A stretch of DNA of 64,000 bases from an uncultured Trueperaceae bacterium (GTDB lineage: Bacteria > Deinococcota > Deinococci > Deinococcales > Trueperaceae): contig CAVSGP010000015.1 in NCBI GenBank assembly GCA_963727505.1, positions 32,001-96,000 of the forward strand, written 5' to 3'. A program made the translations under genes and the position numbers. Position 1 is the first letter of the stretch. Every line of letters begins with the position of its first letter. The notes beneath the pieces were generated by a model. That model saw nothing but the letters and a program-made list of their open reading frames with translations, had not been told where the DNA came from and ran no database searches. Shown here in pieces: positions 1-12,010 of this stretch.

Positions 1-194
1 CGATCATGCTGGTGATGGTCATCATCACGATCTTCTTCTTCCTGCCACTGCCGCTGGGCGTGCTCGGCCACGAGGGCGGCACCATCCTGGTGGTCGCCAA
101 CGGCCTCAGGCTGCTGGCCTTCCGGCCCAAGGCGGCGCCGGCGGGACGCGAGGTCGCGCCCGAGCCGGCGCGTGGGCTGGCCACCGAAGGCTGA
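1..194 (+). CDS. C-terminal end of a heavy-metal-translocating P1B-type ATPase (5' truncated by window)
   Basis: LPLPLGVLGHEGGTILVVANGLRLL matches the last TM helix (HEGxT..V..N.LRLL) of P1B-4-type ATPases. Confidence 0.8.
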   Translation, partial: IMLVMVIITIFFFLPLPLGVLGHEGGTILVVANGLRLLAFRPKAAPAGREVAPEPARGLATEG

Positions 195-240
195 GCAGCG
201 TGTGCTGAGCAGCGTGGGCTGAGCAGCCAGGGCTGAGCCA
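190..240 (+). repeat. Imperfect 14-nt tandem repeat (GCTGAGCAGCGTGT-like), about 3.6 copies
   Basis: gctgagcagcgtgt gctgagcagcgtgg gctgagcagccagg gctgagcca read directly. Confidence 0.85.
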
Positions 241-291
241 CGCCGGAGGGCGTCGCTGCGAGCCGTCCTGCTTGCGGAGGGCGCAGACGCC

Positions 292-1476
292 CTAGCCCAG
301 CGAGGGCCCGGCCAGGTCCACCTGCTCCCCCTTGCGCAGCAGCTCTGTCGCCGCCTCGACCTTGCCGAAGGTGTTCCACAGCAGCACCCCGCGCAGCCGC
401 TTGCCGTCGTGGTAGTAGACGATCCCCTTGCGCTCGGGTCCGTCGGCGGGGTCCGTCCAGTCCTCCACCATCTGCAGGTCGCCGCCCAGGTCGCCGACCG
501 CCTCGTAGCCGTTGTCGAACAGGTCGCTGAAGAAGAACGGGACGTGGTCGTAGGGCTCCTCGACGCCCGCCATGACGCGGCCGGCGTGGTGACCGCTGGC
601 GGTGGCGTTGTCCTCGTGCTCGACGCGCACGCGCCGCCCCAGCGCGGCGTGGGGGAACGCCATGGCGTCGCCGCAGGCGTAGACGTCGGGCTTGGCAGTA
701 CGCAGGAAGCGGTCGACATGGATCCCGCCCCCGACCTCGAGGCCGAGCTCGCGTGCGAGCGCGACGTTGGGCTCGGTGCCGATGCCCACGATCATCAGAT
801 CGGCCGTGAGCTCGGTGCCGTCGTCGAGCGCCAGCTCCACGAGGTCGGCTCGGCTGCGCGCCTGGCTCACCGTGCGACCCCCCAGGACGCGCACCCCGCG
901 GCGCTGGTAGTCGCGGTCGAGGGCGCTGGCCAGGCTCTCCGGGAAGCGGCCGGCGCCGAGGTTCGACTCGGGGAACACCATGGTCACCTCGGCCCCGGCG
1001 GTCCTCAGGCCCGCCGCCATCTCCGAGCCGATGAAGCCGCCGCCGACGACCACAGCACGCCCTCCGTCCGAGACCAGCGCGCGCGCCTGGCGGTAGTCGT
1101 CCAGGGTGCGGTAGGCCAGCACCCGCTCGCTGAGGGCCAGGCCCGGCAGCGACCGCGGCTTGGCGCCGGTGGCGAGCAGCAGCTTGCCGTAGCCGGCCAC
1201 GCCTCCCTGCGAATCCGTGACCGTCCGGGCGTCGGCGTCGACAGCGGTGACCCGCCGGCCGAGCCGCAGCTCGACGCCCTCGTCGCGGGTGCCGAGGTCG
1301 ACGTCGTCCTCGTCCCCCATCCACAACCCCTTGGAGAGCGGCGGGCGCTCGTAGGGCTCGTGCGGCTCCTCCCCGATGAGCAGGATGGAACCCTCTTCGT
1401 CGACGCTGCGGATGCCCTTCACCGCGGCATCGGCGCCCTGGCCGCCGCCGACGATGACGTAATCGAATCGCTGCAT
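292..1476 (-). CDS. FAD/NAD(P)-dependent oxidoreductase, ferredoxin-reductase/AIF-like family
   Basis: YVIVGGGQG, PYERPPLSK, LLLATGA, VVVGGGFIGSE, VYACGD motifs; ATG 1476 preceded by GAGGAGG. Confidence 0.9.
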   Translation of the reverse strand: MQRFDYVIVGGGQGADAAVKGIRSVDEEGSILLIGEEPHEPYERPPLSKGLWMGDEDDVDLGTRDEGVELRLGRRVTAVDADARTVTDSQGGVAGYGKLLLATGAKPRSLPGLALSERVLAYRTLDDYRQARALVSDGGRAVVVGGGFIGSEMAAGLRTAGAEVTMVFPESNLGAGRFPESLASALDRDYQRRGVRVLGGRTVSQARSRADLVELALDDGTELTADLMIVGIGTEPNVALARELGLEVGGGIHVDRFLRTAKPDVYACGDAMAFPHAALGRRVRVEHEDNATASGHHAGRVMAGVEEPYDHVPFFFSDLFDNGYEAVGDLGGDLQMVEDWTDPADGPERKGIVYYHDGKRLRGVLLWNTFGKVEAATELLRKGEQVDLAGPSLG

Positions 1477-1740
1477 GAGGACCTCCTCTTGAACCCAAGT
1501 ACGCACGGAGCGCTCTAACGGACGCACCCGGACGGACGCGCCCGGCGCTCCGGCTTCGCAGGCGCTCGCACCGGAGCCCGGCCCTCGCGGCCGGGCAGCA
1601 GCGTGGCGCCGCACCTCCTTCATAAGGCGGGGGGCCGGGGTGGACACGTTGCCCACGCACCGAGCTCGCCTCGCAACGCGGCGGCGCCCGACTCATCGCA
1701 CACTCCGGGACGCTCATCGGGCAGCGCCTATACTCGCGTC

Positions 1741-3680
<1,940 letters not shown>

Positions 3681-3754
3681 GCGCGACCTATAGGCGCGAC
3701 CTGAAGGCGCGGCGGCCGGGACGGCGGCGGGCGGCGGGGTCCTAGGGGGTCCTA

Positions 3755-3968
3755 GGGGGGGTCCGCAAGGCCCTAGGGTCGAACGTACAACCTCGCTTTC
3801 GGCGGTGGGCCCCGCGAGCCACGGGGCCGCGCTCGCTAGTGGGCTACGAATCGGCGCCCACGCGAACTCGCGGCCCTGGCGAGCGGCGCGCAGGCGCAGA
3901 CCCGCCCCCGGGATCGAAGCATGTTCCATCAGCCTTTACGTTCACCCCAGGGTCCCGGGAACACCCCC
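3755..3968. repeat. Inverted pair of a ~45-bp dispersed repeat (copy A 3755-3800 minus; copy B ~3931-3968 plus)
   Basis: Copy A reverse complement GAAAGCGAGGTTGTACGTTCGACCCTAGGGCCTTGCGGACCCCCC aligns without gaps to copies at 13.5-13.8 kb. Confidence 0.65.
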
Positions 3969-4027
3969 TGGCAACCGGGCTGGCAACCGGCTGGCAACCG
4001 GGCTCGCAACCGGGCTCGCAACCGGAC
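3968..4027 (+). repeat. Imperfect 12-nt tandem repeat CT(G/C)GCAACCGGG, about 5 copies
   Basis: Read directly from the sequence. Confidence 0.85.
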
Positions 4028-4035
4028 CCGCGCCG

Positions 4036-5937
4036 TCACAGCTCCACCTGGATGCCCAGCTCCACCACGCGATCGGGCGGGATGTGGAAGAACGCCGTGG
4101 CGCTGCGGGCGTTGCGTGACATCAGCGCGAACAGGCGCTCGCGCCACAGCGCCATGCCCGGCAGCTCGGTGGCCAGAAGCGTCTCGCGCCCGAGGAAGTA
4201 GCTGGTGTCCTCGGCCTCGATGCCGCGCCCGCCGACCTCCAGCACCGACAGGTCGCGCGGCACCCTCGCGCTCTGCATGAAGCCGTATCGCAGGACGATC
4301 TGGTAGAAGCCCCGTCCCAGGTCGGTGATGGTCGGGCGCTCGTCCGAGTCGATGCGCGGTACGTCCTCGGTGCGCACCGACACGAACAGCACGCGGTCGT
4401 GCAGCACCTTGTTGTGCCGCAGGTTGTGGGAGAACGCCGGCGGGGTGGTGTCCGGGTCGCCCGTCATGTACACGGCGGTGCCCGCCACGCGGGCGTAGAC
4501 GGAGGTGTCGATCTCCTGCAACAGCCGCTCCAGAGGGCGCGCAACGCTCCTGAGGCGCTCGCGGACGATCTGGCGGCCGCGCCGCCAGGTGGTCATCAGC
4601 GTGAACACGCCCGCCGCCATCACCAGCGGGAACCAGCCGCCGTCCGGCACCTTGAACAGGTTGGCGCCGAAGAACGACAGGTCGACCACGAAGAACGCTC
4701 CCGTCAGCAGCGCCGCCTTCCACACCGCCCAGCCCCAGCGCCGCGTCGCCACCACGTAGAGCAGCGCCGTGGTGATGACCATGGTCATCGTGACCGCCAC
4801 GCCGTAGGCGGCGGCCAGGTGGCTCGAGCTCCGGAACCCCAGCACCAGCCCCACGCAGGCCACCATCAGGATCCAGTTGATCGAGCCCACGTACACCTGC
4901 CCTATCTGGGTCTCCGAGGTGTGGCGGATGTGGAGCCTCGGCAGGTACCCGAGCTGCACGCTCTGCATCGCCAGCGAGAAGGCGCCCGAGATGAGCGCCT
5001 GCGAGGCGATGACGGTCGCGGCGGTGGCGATCAGCACCAGCGGGTACAGCGCCCAGCCGGGGGCCATGCGGTAGAAGGGGTCGGCCACGGCCGAGGGGTC
5101 GCGCAGCACCAGCGCGCCCTGCCCGAAGTAGTTGAGAAGCAGCCCGGGCAGCACCACCGTGAACCAGGCGAGCCGGATGGGGCGGCGCCCGAAGTGACCC
5201 ATGTCGGCGTACAGCGCCTCCCCGCCGGTGACCACCAGGAACACCGACCCCAGCACCAGGAAGCCTTGAGCGCCGTTGCGCAGGAAGAAGCCCACCGCCT
5301 GCAGCGGGTCGAGCGCCCAGAGCACGCCCGGCTGCCGCACGATCTGGCTCACCCCGAGCACCGCCAGGGTGGCGAACCACAGCAGCGTGACGGGTCCGAA
5401 CACCCGCCCCACGCCGCCCGTGCCGCGCCGCTGGAACAGGAACAGGCCGACCAGGATGGCGACGGTGATGGGCAGGACGAAGGGGGTCAGGGCGGGGGTG
5501 GCCACGTTCAGCCCCTCGACTGCCGAGAGCACCGAGATGGCCGGGGTGATCATGCCGTCGCCGTAGAGCAGCGCCGTCCCGAACAGGCCCAGCAGGAGCA
5601 GCAGCCACAACCCGCTGCGGCGCTTGGCGTGCGTCGGCGCCACCAGCGAGGTCAGCGCCAGGATGCCGCCCTCGCCGTTGTTGTCCGCGCGCATGACGAA
5701 CACCAGGTACTTGACGGTGATGACCACCACCAGCGACCAGAAGATGAGCGACAGCACCCCCAGCACGTTGTCGGGCGTGGGCCCGACCTGGTGCCGGAAG
5801 GACTCGCGCAGCGCGTAGAGCGGGCTGGTGCCGATGTCGCCGTAGACCACGCCCAGCGCCGCCAGCGACAGCGTGGCGAGTCGCCGGCCGGTAGGCGGTC
5901 CGCCGGGGGCGCCGTTCGTCTCGTCGGGAGCGGACAC
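4036..5937 (-). CDS. kup: KUP/HAK/KT family potassium uptake protein
   Basis: LGVVYGDIGTSPLY, YGDGMITPAISVLSAVEG, TGGEALYADMGHFG, SYFLGRET, VVELGIQVEL; GTG 5937 lies 6 nt after TATAAT. Confidence 0.96.
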   Translation of the reverse strand: MSAPDETNGAPGGPPTGRRLATLSLAALGVVYGDIGTSPLYALRESFRHQVGPTPDNVLGVLSLIFWSLVVVITVKYLVFVMRADNNGEGGILALTSLVAPTHAKRRSGLWLLLLLGLFGTALLYGDGMITPAISVLSAVEGLNVATPALTPFVLPITVAILVGLFLFQRRGTGGVGRVFGPVTLLWFATLAVLGVSQIVRQPGVLWALDPLQAVGFFLRNGAQGFLVLGSVFLVVTGGEALYADMGHFGRRPIRLAWFTVVLPGLLLNYFGQGALVLRDPSAVADPFYRMAPGWALYPLVLIATAATVIASQALISGAFSLAMQSVQLGYLPRLHIRHTSETQIGQVYVGSINWILMVACVGLVLGFRSSSHLAAAYGVAVTMTMVITTALLYVVATRRWGWAVWKAALLTGAFFVVDLSFFGANLFKVPDGGWFPLVMAAGVFTLMTTWRRGRQIVRERLRSVARPLERLLQEIDTSVYARVAGTAVYMTGDPDTTPPAFSHNLRHNKVLHDRVLFVSVRTEDVPRIDSDERPTITDLGRGFYQIVLRYGFMQSARVPRDLSVLEVGGRGIEAEDTSYFLGRETLLATELPGMALWRERLFALMSRNARSATAFFHIPPDRVVELGIQVEL

Positions 5938-6094
5938 CCGCCGATTATAGGTGCGCGGGGGGCCGGCCCACGTGCGCCACGAGCGCCACGAAAAGTCCGA
6001 AATGTGCCATAAGACTCGACCAAACGGCCCGTTCGGAGCTAATATGATCGGACGTCTTCGCGCGGGCCCCGCGTCCGCGCAGGTGGAGGAAGCC

Positions 6095-6382
6095 ATGCGT
6101 GTGCACGGCGTGTGGAACGTGGATCGGGCGCAAGCTGCGCTCAACGTCTTCGGTGGTGCGGCCTTCGCCGTCGGCAGCCTGTTCTTCCTGAACAGCGCGC
6201 TTCAGCGCTTGGGCATCGCCTTGTTCGTGGTGGGCAGCTTCGGGATGTTGTTCGGCGCCCTGGCGGTGTGGAACGAGCGCTACGCGCCCCGCCGCGAACG
6301 CCGCGCAGCGCTGGCGGTGCCCGACGTCGTCACTTCACCAGCAGCACCGGGCAGTCGGCCAGCAACCCCACCCGGTGACTGA
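6095..6382 (+). CDS. Small YrhK-like membrane protein
   Basis: Two hydrophobic segments F.VGS.FFL...GIALFVVGS; ATG 6095 after GGAGG; 3' end overlaps the usp gene. Confidence 0.55.
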   Translation: MRVHGVWNVDRAQAALNVFGGAAFAVGSLFFLNSALQRLGIALFVVGSFGMLFGALAVWNERYAPRRERRAALAVPDVVTSPAAPGSRPATPPGD

Positions 6383-6752
6383 TCGTGCCCCAGCCCCTGG
6401 TGGGCTCTTCCCGATCGATCCGGTGCGACTGCAGCACGATCAGCTCGACGGTGCGCTCCTCGGCCACACGCAGGATCTCGCTGACGCGGCGCCCGAAGAC
6501 CACCGTCGTCTCGACCTGCACGTCGTCGACGTCGAAGGGAGCGAGCATATCGTCCATCTCGCTCTTCGCCTGCGCCGCCAGTGAGTCGTAGAAGTCGCGG
6601 TAGTCGTCGTAGGTGGTGTCCTTGATGATCTCCACCACGTGCAGTAGCGTCACGCGCGCGCCGCCCTGCATGGCCGCCAGGCGGAAGGCCGCCTCCACCG
6701 CACTTGCCGCCCGCTGCGAGCGATCGACCGGAACCAGGATCGTAGCGAACAT
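6330..6752 (-). CDS. Universal stress protein (USP family)
   Basis: ILVPVD.S, VTLLHVV, ELIVLQSH, G.IS...ADCPVLLVK. Confidence 0.9.
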   Translation of the reverse strand: MFATILVPVDRSQRAASAVEAAFRLAAMQGGARVTLLHVVEIIKDTTYDDYRDFYDSLAAQAKSEMDDMLAPFDVDDVQVETTVVFGRRVSEILRVAEERTVELIVLQSHRIDREEPTRGWGTISHRVGLLADCPVLLVK

Positions 6753-6772
6753 GGTGCTTCCAGTATGGGCCC

Positions 6773-8656
6773 TCAGGCCCGCTGGGGGGTCTTGTCCACC
6801 AGCTCCAGGAACACCTCGGTCAACTCGGGGTCGAAGTGCGAGCCGGCCATGCCGCGGATCTCCTCGACGGCGGCGTCGTGCGTCCACGCCTGCTTGTACG
6901 GGCGCTGGCTCATGAGCGCGTCGTAGACATCGACGAGGGAGAACATGCGCGCGACCAGCGGGATGGCGTCGCGCACCAGCCCGTCGGGGTAGCCGTCACC
7001 CTGCCAGCGCTCGTGGTGGTTGCGGACCAGCGCGCGCGTGGCGTCCGGCAGGAAGGGGATGCCGCGCGTCATCTCGTAGCCGTAGACGGTGTGCTTCTTG
7101 ATGACCTCGAACTCGTCGTGCGTCAGCTTCCCCGGCTTGAGCAGGATGTCGTCGGGGATGGCGATCTTGCCGAGATCGTGGAGGTAGGCCCCCCACTGCA
7201 GCGCCTGCAGCTCGCCGTCGTGCATGTCGAGCGCGCGGCCGAACGCCAGCGCACGCTCCACCACGCGGTCGGTGTGCCCCTTGGTCTCGTAGTCGCGGTA
7301 TTCCAGCGCCACCCCCAGCGCCCGGAAGGTCTGCTCGCGGGTGGTGGTGAGCTCGCGGATGTACTCGACGCGCTCGAGCGCGTTCTCCAGGCGCTTCACG
7401 AAGCTCTCCGCCACCAGCCGGTCCTCGTCGTCGAGCTCGACCTTGCGGCCGAACGCCGCCAGGCTGATCACCCCGACGGTGGTGCCGTCGCGCTGGACCG
7501 GCAGGGTGAGCTGCGTCTGCAACCCCAGCCGCACGTAGCCGGGTAGCGCCCCCTCCCAGGCCGGGTAGTCGGTCATCAGGCGCCCCTCGCCCGTGGCCGC
7601 CACCGTGCCGACCAGTCCGGCGCCGACCGGCATCGGCTCCTCGTGCAGCGCGCTCAGTCCCTCCGGCCCCGGACCCCACTGCCGGGCGACGCGACAGGCG
7701 CCGCCTTCGATGAGGTAGTACACGCCCAGGTCGAGCCGGAGCTGACGCGCCAGGTCCTCGAGCCCGGCGTCGAGCAGGGCGTCGATGTCGTGGAGCTGTT
7801 CGATGCGCGCGCCGAAGTTGGCGAGCTGCCGGTAGGCGGCCGCCGTCTCCTGCAACGCGGCGTTGAGCCGGCGCACGCGGTCCAGGGCGTTCCTGCGCTC
7901 GGTGACGTCGGCGATGGCGCCGATGGTGCCGACGAGGGCGCCGCTGCCGTCGCGAGAGGGCGCGGCGCTCACGTGCACCCAGCGACGCTCGCCGTCGGCA
8001 CGCACGATCTCGGTCTCGTACTCCTCGGCCACTCCCTGCAGGCGGCGCCGGTTGCGGTCCTCCTGTACGGGCCACAGCTCTTCGGGCACCAGCAGGTGGT
8101 AGGCCACCGCTCCCTCGAGCTCCGCCACGCTCCACCCCGTCAGCTCCGCCATACGCGGGTTGGCGTAGACGATGTGCTCGTCGAGATCGGTGAGGATGAG
8201 CCCCTCCCGCATGCTCTCCACCACCGCTCGGAAGCGCAATTCGGAGCTCTCCAGGCTGGCGCGCTCCACCCGGCGTCGCCGCGCCTCGGCGAGCTCGCGC
8301 TCCACCGCCGGCCCCAGCCGGGCCCAGTTCCCCTTCACCAGGAAGTCCTGCGCGCCCGCCTTCAGCGCGCCCACCGCCGCTTCCTCGTCGATCTCGCCCG
8401 AAACCACGATGCAGGGGATGTCCGGCGCCGCCTCCTGCAGGATCGCAAGGCTGTCCAGCGCGCTCAGGCTGGGGACCTGATAGTCGGCGAAGACGATGTC
8501 CCAGGCCCCTTCGGCCAGCGCCTCGCGGAGCGCCCCGGCGCCGTCGACACGGCGACCCTCGACCACGTAACCCTCGCGCTCGAGCCGCAGGACCAGCAGA
8601 TCGGCGTCGTCGGGGTTGTCCTCGACGAACAGGGCGCGCAGCGGATGCGGTTCCAT
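6773..8656 (-). CDS. REC-PAS-GAF-HD-GYP response regulator (c-di-GMP phosphodiesterase)
   Basis: VEDNPDD/ADYQVP receiver; PAS (YANPRM...IADVTERR); GAF; GHTDRV, LHDLGK, HHERWQGDGYPDGL. Confidence 0.92.
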   Translation of the reverse strand: MEPHPLRALFVEDNPDDADLLVLRLEREGYVVEGRRVDGAGALREALAEGAWDIVFADYQVPSLSALDSLAILQEAAPDIPCIVVSGEIDEEAAVGALKAGAQDFLVKGNWARLGPAVERELAEARRRRVERASLESSELRFRAVVESMREGLILTDLDEHIVYANPRMAELTGWSVAELEGAVAYHLLVPEELWPVQEDRNRRRLQGVAEEYETEIVRADGERRWVHVSAAPSRDGSGALVGTIGAIADVTERRNALDRVRRLNAALQETAAAYRQLANFGARIEQLHDIDALLDAGLEDLARQLRLDLGVYYLIEGGACRVARQWGPGPEGLSALHEEPMPVGAGLVGTVAATGEGRLMTDYPAWEGALPGYVRLGLQTQLTLPVQRDGTTVGVISLAAFGRKVELDDEDRLVAESFVKRLENALERVEYIRELTTTREQTFRALGVALEYRDYETKGHTDRVVERALAFGRALDMHDGELQALQWGAYLHDLGKIAIPDDILLKPGKLTHDEFEVIKKHTVYGYEMTRGIPFLPDATRALVRNHHERWQGDGYPDGLVRDAIPLVARMFSLVDVYDALMSQRPYKQAWTHDAAVEEIRGMAGSHFDPELTEVFLELVDKTPQRA

Positions 8657-8659
8657 GCG

Positions 8660-9112
8660 CTAGCGGCCCGGCACGCCGATGTTGAGCACCAGCCAGTAGA
8701 GGCCGAGCTGCCGGGTGGCCTCCGCGAACTCCGCGAAGTCGACGGGCTTGCGCACGTAGCTGTTCGCGCCCAGCCGGTAGCTCTCCACCACGTCGCGCTC
8801 CTCCTGCGAGGAGGTGAGCACCACTACCGGCAGCAGCTCCGTGCGCTCGTTGGCGCGCAGCTCGCGCAGCACCTCGAGGCCGCCCAGCTTTGGCAGTTTC
8901 AGATCGAGCAGCACCAGGTGCGGATCGTCGGCACGCTCCCGTCCTTCGTGCGCACCGCGCGCCAGCAGCAGATCGAGCGCCTCGGCGCCGTCGCGCACCA
9001 CCTGCACCTCGTTGGCGATGTTGGCCTTCTCGAAAGCGCGCAGCGTGAGCTCGACGTCATCGGGATTGTCCTCGACCAGCACGATGGTCCTGCTCGCGTC
9101 CCCTGGGATCAT
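8660..9112 (-). CDS. Single-domain response regulator (Rcp1-like)
   Basis: LVEDNPDD, LLDLKLPK, VVLTSS, GANSYVRKPV, YWLVLN. Confidence 0.92.
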   Translation of the reverse strand: MIPGDASRTIVLVEDNPDDVELTLRAFEKANIANEVQVVRDGAEALDLLLARGAHEGRERADDPHLVLLDLKLPKLGGLEVLRELRANERTELLPVVVLTSSQEERDVVESYRLGANSYVRKPVDFAEFAEATRQLGLYWLVLNIGVPGR

Positions 9113-10824
9113 GCCGTCCCCTCTCCCAACGTGAAGTGGAAGGCGGCCCCCCGTCCGATCTCACCTTCCGCCCATACCCGCCCGCCGTGGCGTTGCACGA
9201 TGCGCCGCACGGTGGCGAGCCCGACCCCGGTGCCGGGGAACTCGTCGACGGTGTGGAGGCGCTGGAACGGAGTGAAGAGCTGCTCCGCGTAGCGCATATC
9301 GAAGCCGGCACCGTTGTCCCTGACAGTGTAGGCCATCTCGCCATCGACCCTCGCGGCGCTCAGCTCGATGCGAGCGCCCTCGGTCCTGGAAGTGAACTTC
9401 CAGGCATTGGCGAGCAGGTTGTGCAGCAGCACGGCCATCAGGTTGCGGTCGGCGGCGACCGGCAAAGTCGGCGGCACGACCACCTCCACACTGCGGCCGG
9501 GCCCGGTCTCCTGCAGCTCCGCCAGGATGCCGCGCGCCACCTCGGCGAGGTCGACCGCGCGCCGCTCCAGCGCCGCGCGCCCCACGCGCGAGAGCGCCAG
9601 CAGGTCGTCGATCAACCGGCCCATGTGCTGGGTGGCGGTGCGCACCCGGTTCAGGTAGTGTCTGCCGCGCTCGTCGAGGCCGTCGCCGTGGTCCTCGAGC
9701 AGCGCCAGGCTGAAGCCGTCGATGGCGCGAAGCGGCGCCCGCAGGTCGTGCGACACGCTGTAGCTGAAGCCCTCGAGCTCGCGATTGACGGCGCTGAGCT
9801 GGCGGGTGCGCTCGACCACGCGGCGTTCGAGTTCCTCGGCCTGGCGCGCGAGCTGCTCGCGCTGGCTCTCCCGCTCGCGCTCGAGCTCCCGCTCCGCGCG
9901 GAGCTGCTCCCCGATGTCGCGCGCCACCACCAGGCGCGCCTCGCGCCCCTCGAAGGTGGTGGCGTGGGAGGTCACGTCCACGTCGAGCAGACGGCCGTCG
10001 GCGGTGAGGTGGCGCCAGTGACCGGCGTGGTTGATCGGAGAGGGTTCGTCGCGCAGCATGGCGAGCAACGGCTCACGGTCCTCGGGCGGGCGGACGTCGA
10101 GGATGGTGCGGTCGAGGAACTCCTCGCGGCTGAAGCCGTAGAGGTCGATGGCCGCCTCGTTGACCTCCAAGAACGCGAAGGTGGTGGTGTCGAAGACCCA
10201 CATGGGGAGGGGGTTCTCCGCGAACAGCGTACGGAAGCTTCCCTCGCTGATCGCCAGCAGCGCCTGGTCGCGGTGACGGGCGTCGGTCTGGACGCGGCGC
10301 TCGAGCAGCCACGCCACCTGTGCCGCGGCCGTGCGCATGAGCCGCAACGCCTGCTCGTCGCGCTCCCGCGGCTCGGTGGCGAAGAACACCAGTACGGCCA
10401 GCGTGCGATCGCCCGCGTTGATCGGCACCAGCGCGCTGGCGCGCAGTCCGTGGCGTTCCGCGGCCTGCCAGCGCAGGAAGTCCTTGCGGTCGACGGCCAT
10501 GAGGTCCTCGTACCAGGCGACGCGCTGGCCCTCCCATACCCTGCGGACGATGCCGCGGTCCGGCCAGTAGCCGTGTCCTGCGGCGTCGCGCACGAAGGGC
10601 GCCAGCGCCTCGTCGCGGAGCCAGGAGGCGCCCATCTCGATGGTCCTGCCGTCGCTGTCGATCACCCAGGCTTCGCCCACGTCCCAGCCCTGCAGGCGCG
10701 CCAGCCCCTCCACCAGTTCCCGCAGCGCGGGCTCGAGCTCCTCGCGGGTCTGCACGCGTTGCGCGATGTCGAGCAGGAACTGCAGAGGATCGGCCACGGA
10801 GCTGCCGCGCCCAGGCGCCGTCAC
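9109..10824 (-). CDS. GAF-PAS sensor histidine kinase (start uncertain, 10797-10893)
   Basis: H box FSYSVSHDLRAPLR, N box NLLANAWKFT, DNGAGF, FQRLH, GTGVGLA. Confidence 0.92.
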   Translation of the reverse strand: MTAPGRGSSVADPLQFLLDIAQRVQTREELEPALRELVEGLARLQGWDVGEAWVIDSDGRTIEMGASWLRDEALAPFVRDAAGHGYWPDRGIVRRVWEGQRVAWYEDLMAVDRKDFLRWQAAERHGLRASALVPINAGDRTLAVLVFFATEPRERDEQALRLMRTAAAQVAWLLERRVQTDARHRDQALLAISEGSFRTLFAENPLPMWVFDTTTFAFLEVNEAAIDLYGFSREEFLDRTILDVRPPEDREPLLAMLRDEPSPINHAGHWRHLTADGRLLDVDVTSHATTFEGREARLVVARDIGEQLRAERELERERESQREQLARQAEELERRVVERTRQLSAVNRELEGFSYSVSHDLRAPLRAIDGFSLALLEDHGDGLDERGRHYLNRVRTATQHMGRLIDDLLALSRVGRAALERRAVDLAEVARGILAELQETGPGRSVEVVVPPTLPVAADRNLMAVLLHNLLANAWKFTSRTEGARIELSAARVDGEMAYTVRDNGAGFDMRYAEQLFTPFQRLHTVDEFPGTGVGLATVRRIVQRHGGRVWAEGEIGRGAAFHFTLGEGTA

Positions 10825-11175
10825 GGAGCGCGCCTCGGGCGCGGGTGGAAAGCGCCGGCCGCCACCCCCGACAGCAACTTCCGGTGGGCGCACACGCCCC
10901 GCGAGCCACTTCGACGCATCTACCCCACAGTCTAGGGTTCCGGATGCACGGGAGAGTCACTCCGGAACGCCGGCGGACGGCCCGGACCGCGGAAGCCGCG
11001 TCCCCGGCGTGCTTCCGGCGTGCTTCCGGCGCGGTGCCGGCGAGCGCTCGGCGCGTGGCCGGCCTGTGGTCGGCGCGGGGCCGGCACGAGGCCAGCGCCA
11101 TTCCAGCGCGACCCCGACGCGCTTCCGGCGTATCATGGGACGATCCGACGCACGCCACCGACGGAAGGGGGAACC

Positions 11176-11856
11176 ATGTACGCTCCCACCGGATTCGACC
11201 CATGGCAGTGGTGGACGGCGCTGCAACCGCAGGGCCGTCTGCTGGCCGGCCTGCTGCAGCTCGCCGTCGGCCTCGCCGTCACCTTCTTCGGGTTCCGCCT
11301 GTTCCGGGCGCTGCTCGCCCTGGCGGGCTTCGTGACCGGCGCCTCGTTCGGGTTGTCGCTGGGCTCGGGCGCGACCGTGCCGGCGACCGCCTGGCTGCTG
11401 GCGCTGGCGCTGGGCCTCGCCGGCGCGCTGCTGCTGTGGGCGCTGTTCCGCGTCGGCGCGCTGCTGGCGGGGGCGGCGCTGGGCGTGGCGGTGGCGGGCG
11501 GCGTGGCCGCCTCGCTCCCGGCCACCGCCAACGCGCAGTGGGGCTGGCTCCTGCTGCTGGTGGGCCTGGTGCTCGGCGCGGTGCTGGCCTGGCGTCTGCA
11601 GCGCCCGCTGATCGTGATCGCGACCGCGCTCATCGGCGCCTGGGGGGCGATGGTCGGGCTGGCCATGCTGCTCGGCCGCACCACGCCGACGGAGGCGGTC
11701 CCGGCCGCGCTCGGCGCCGACGTCTGGACGCTGGGGCTGCCCCATGCCTGGCAGGGCGTGGGCGGGTTGTGGCTGCTGGGGACGCTGGCGTTGTGGGTAC
11801 TGGGGACGGCCTTCCAGATACGCGACACGCTACGCCTGCGCAACCGGCGGTTCTGA
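11176..11856 (+). CDS. Multi-pass membrane protein (DUF4203/TMEM198-like)
   Basis: FFGFRLFR...GF..G pattern, IATALIGAW, 6-7 hydrophobic helices; ATG 11176 after GGGGGA. Confidence 0.65.
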   Translation: MYAPTGFDPWQWWTALQPQGRLLAGLLQLAVGLAVTFFGFRLFRALLALAGFVTGASFGLSLGSGATVPATAWLLALALGLAGALLLWALFRVGALLAGAALGVAVAGGVAASLPATANAQWGWLLLLVGLVLGAVLAWRLQRPLIVIATALIGAWGAMVGLAMLLGRTTPTEAVPAALGADVWTLGLPHAWQGVGGLWLLGTLALWVLGTAFQIRDTLRLRNRRF

Positions 11857-12010
11857 GGGCGGCCGGGGCGCGCGGCGTGAGCCCGTGGCGGAGGCGCGCG
11901 CCTCCGAACCCGGCGCGGGCCTCCGGACCCGGCGCGGGCCTCCGGACCCGGCGTCGACCCCGGGCCGCGATGCGAGCCGGGGTTCCGGGCACTTGCCGAG
12001 GGCCTCGACG

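Noticed and set aside
9109..10824. Bacteriophytochrome call for the kinase next to an Rcp1-like regulator
   Set aside because: The kinase core is of that subfamily, but no PAS-GAF-PHY module or PASDIP chromophore motif is visible.
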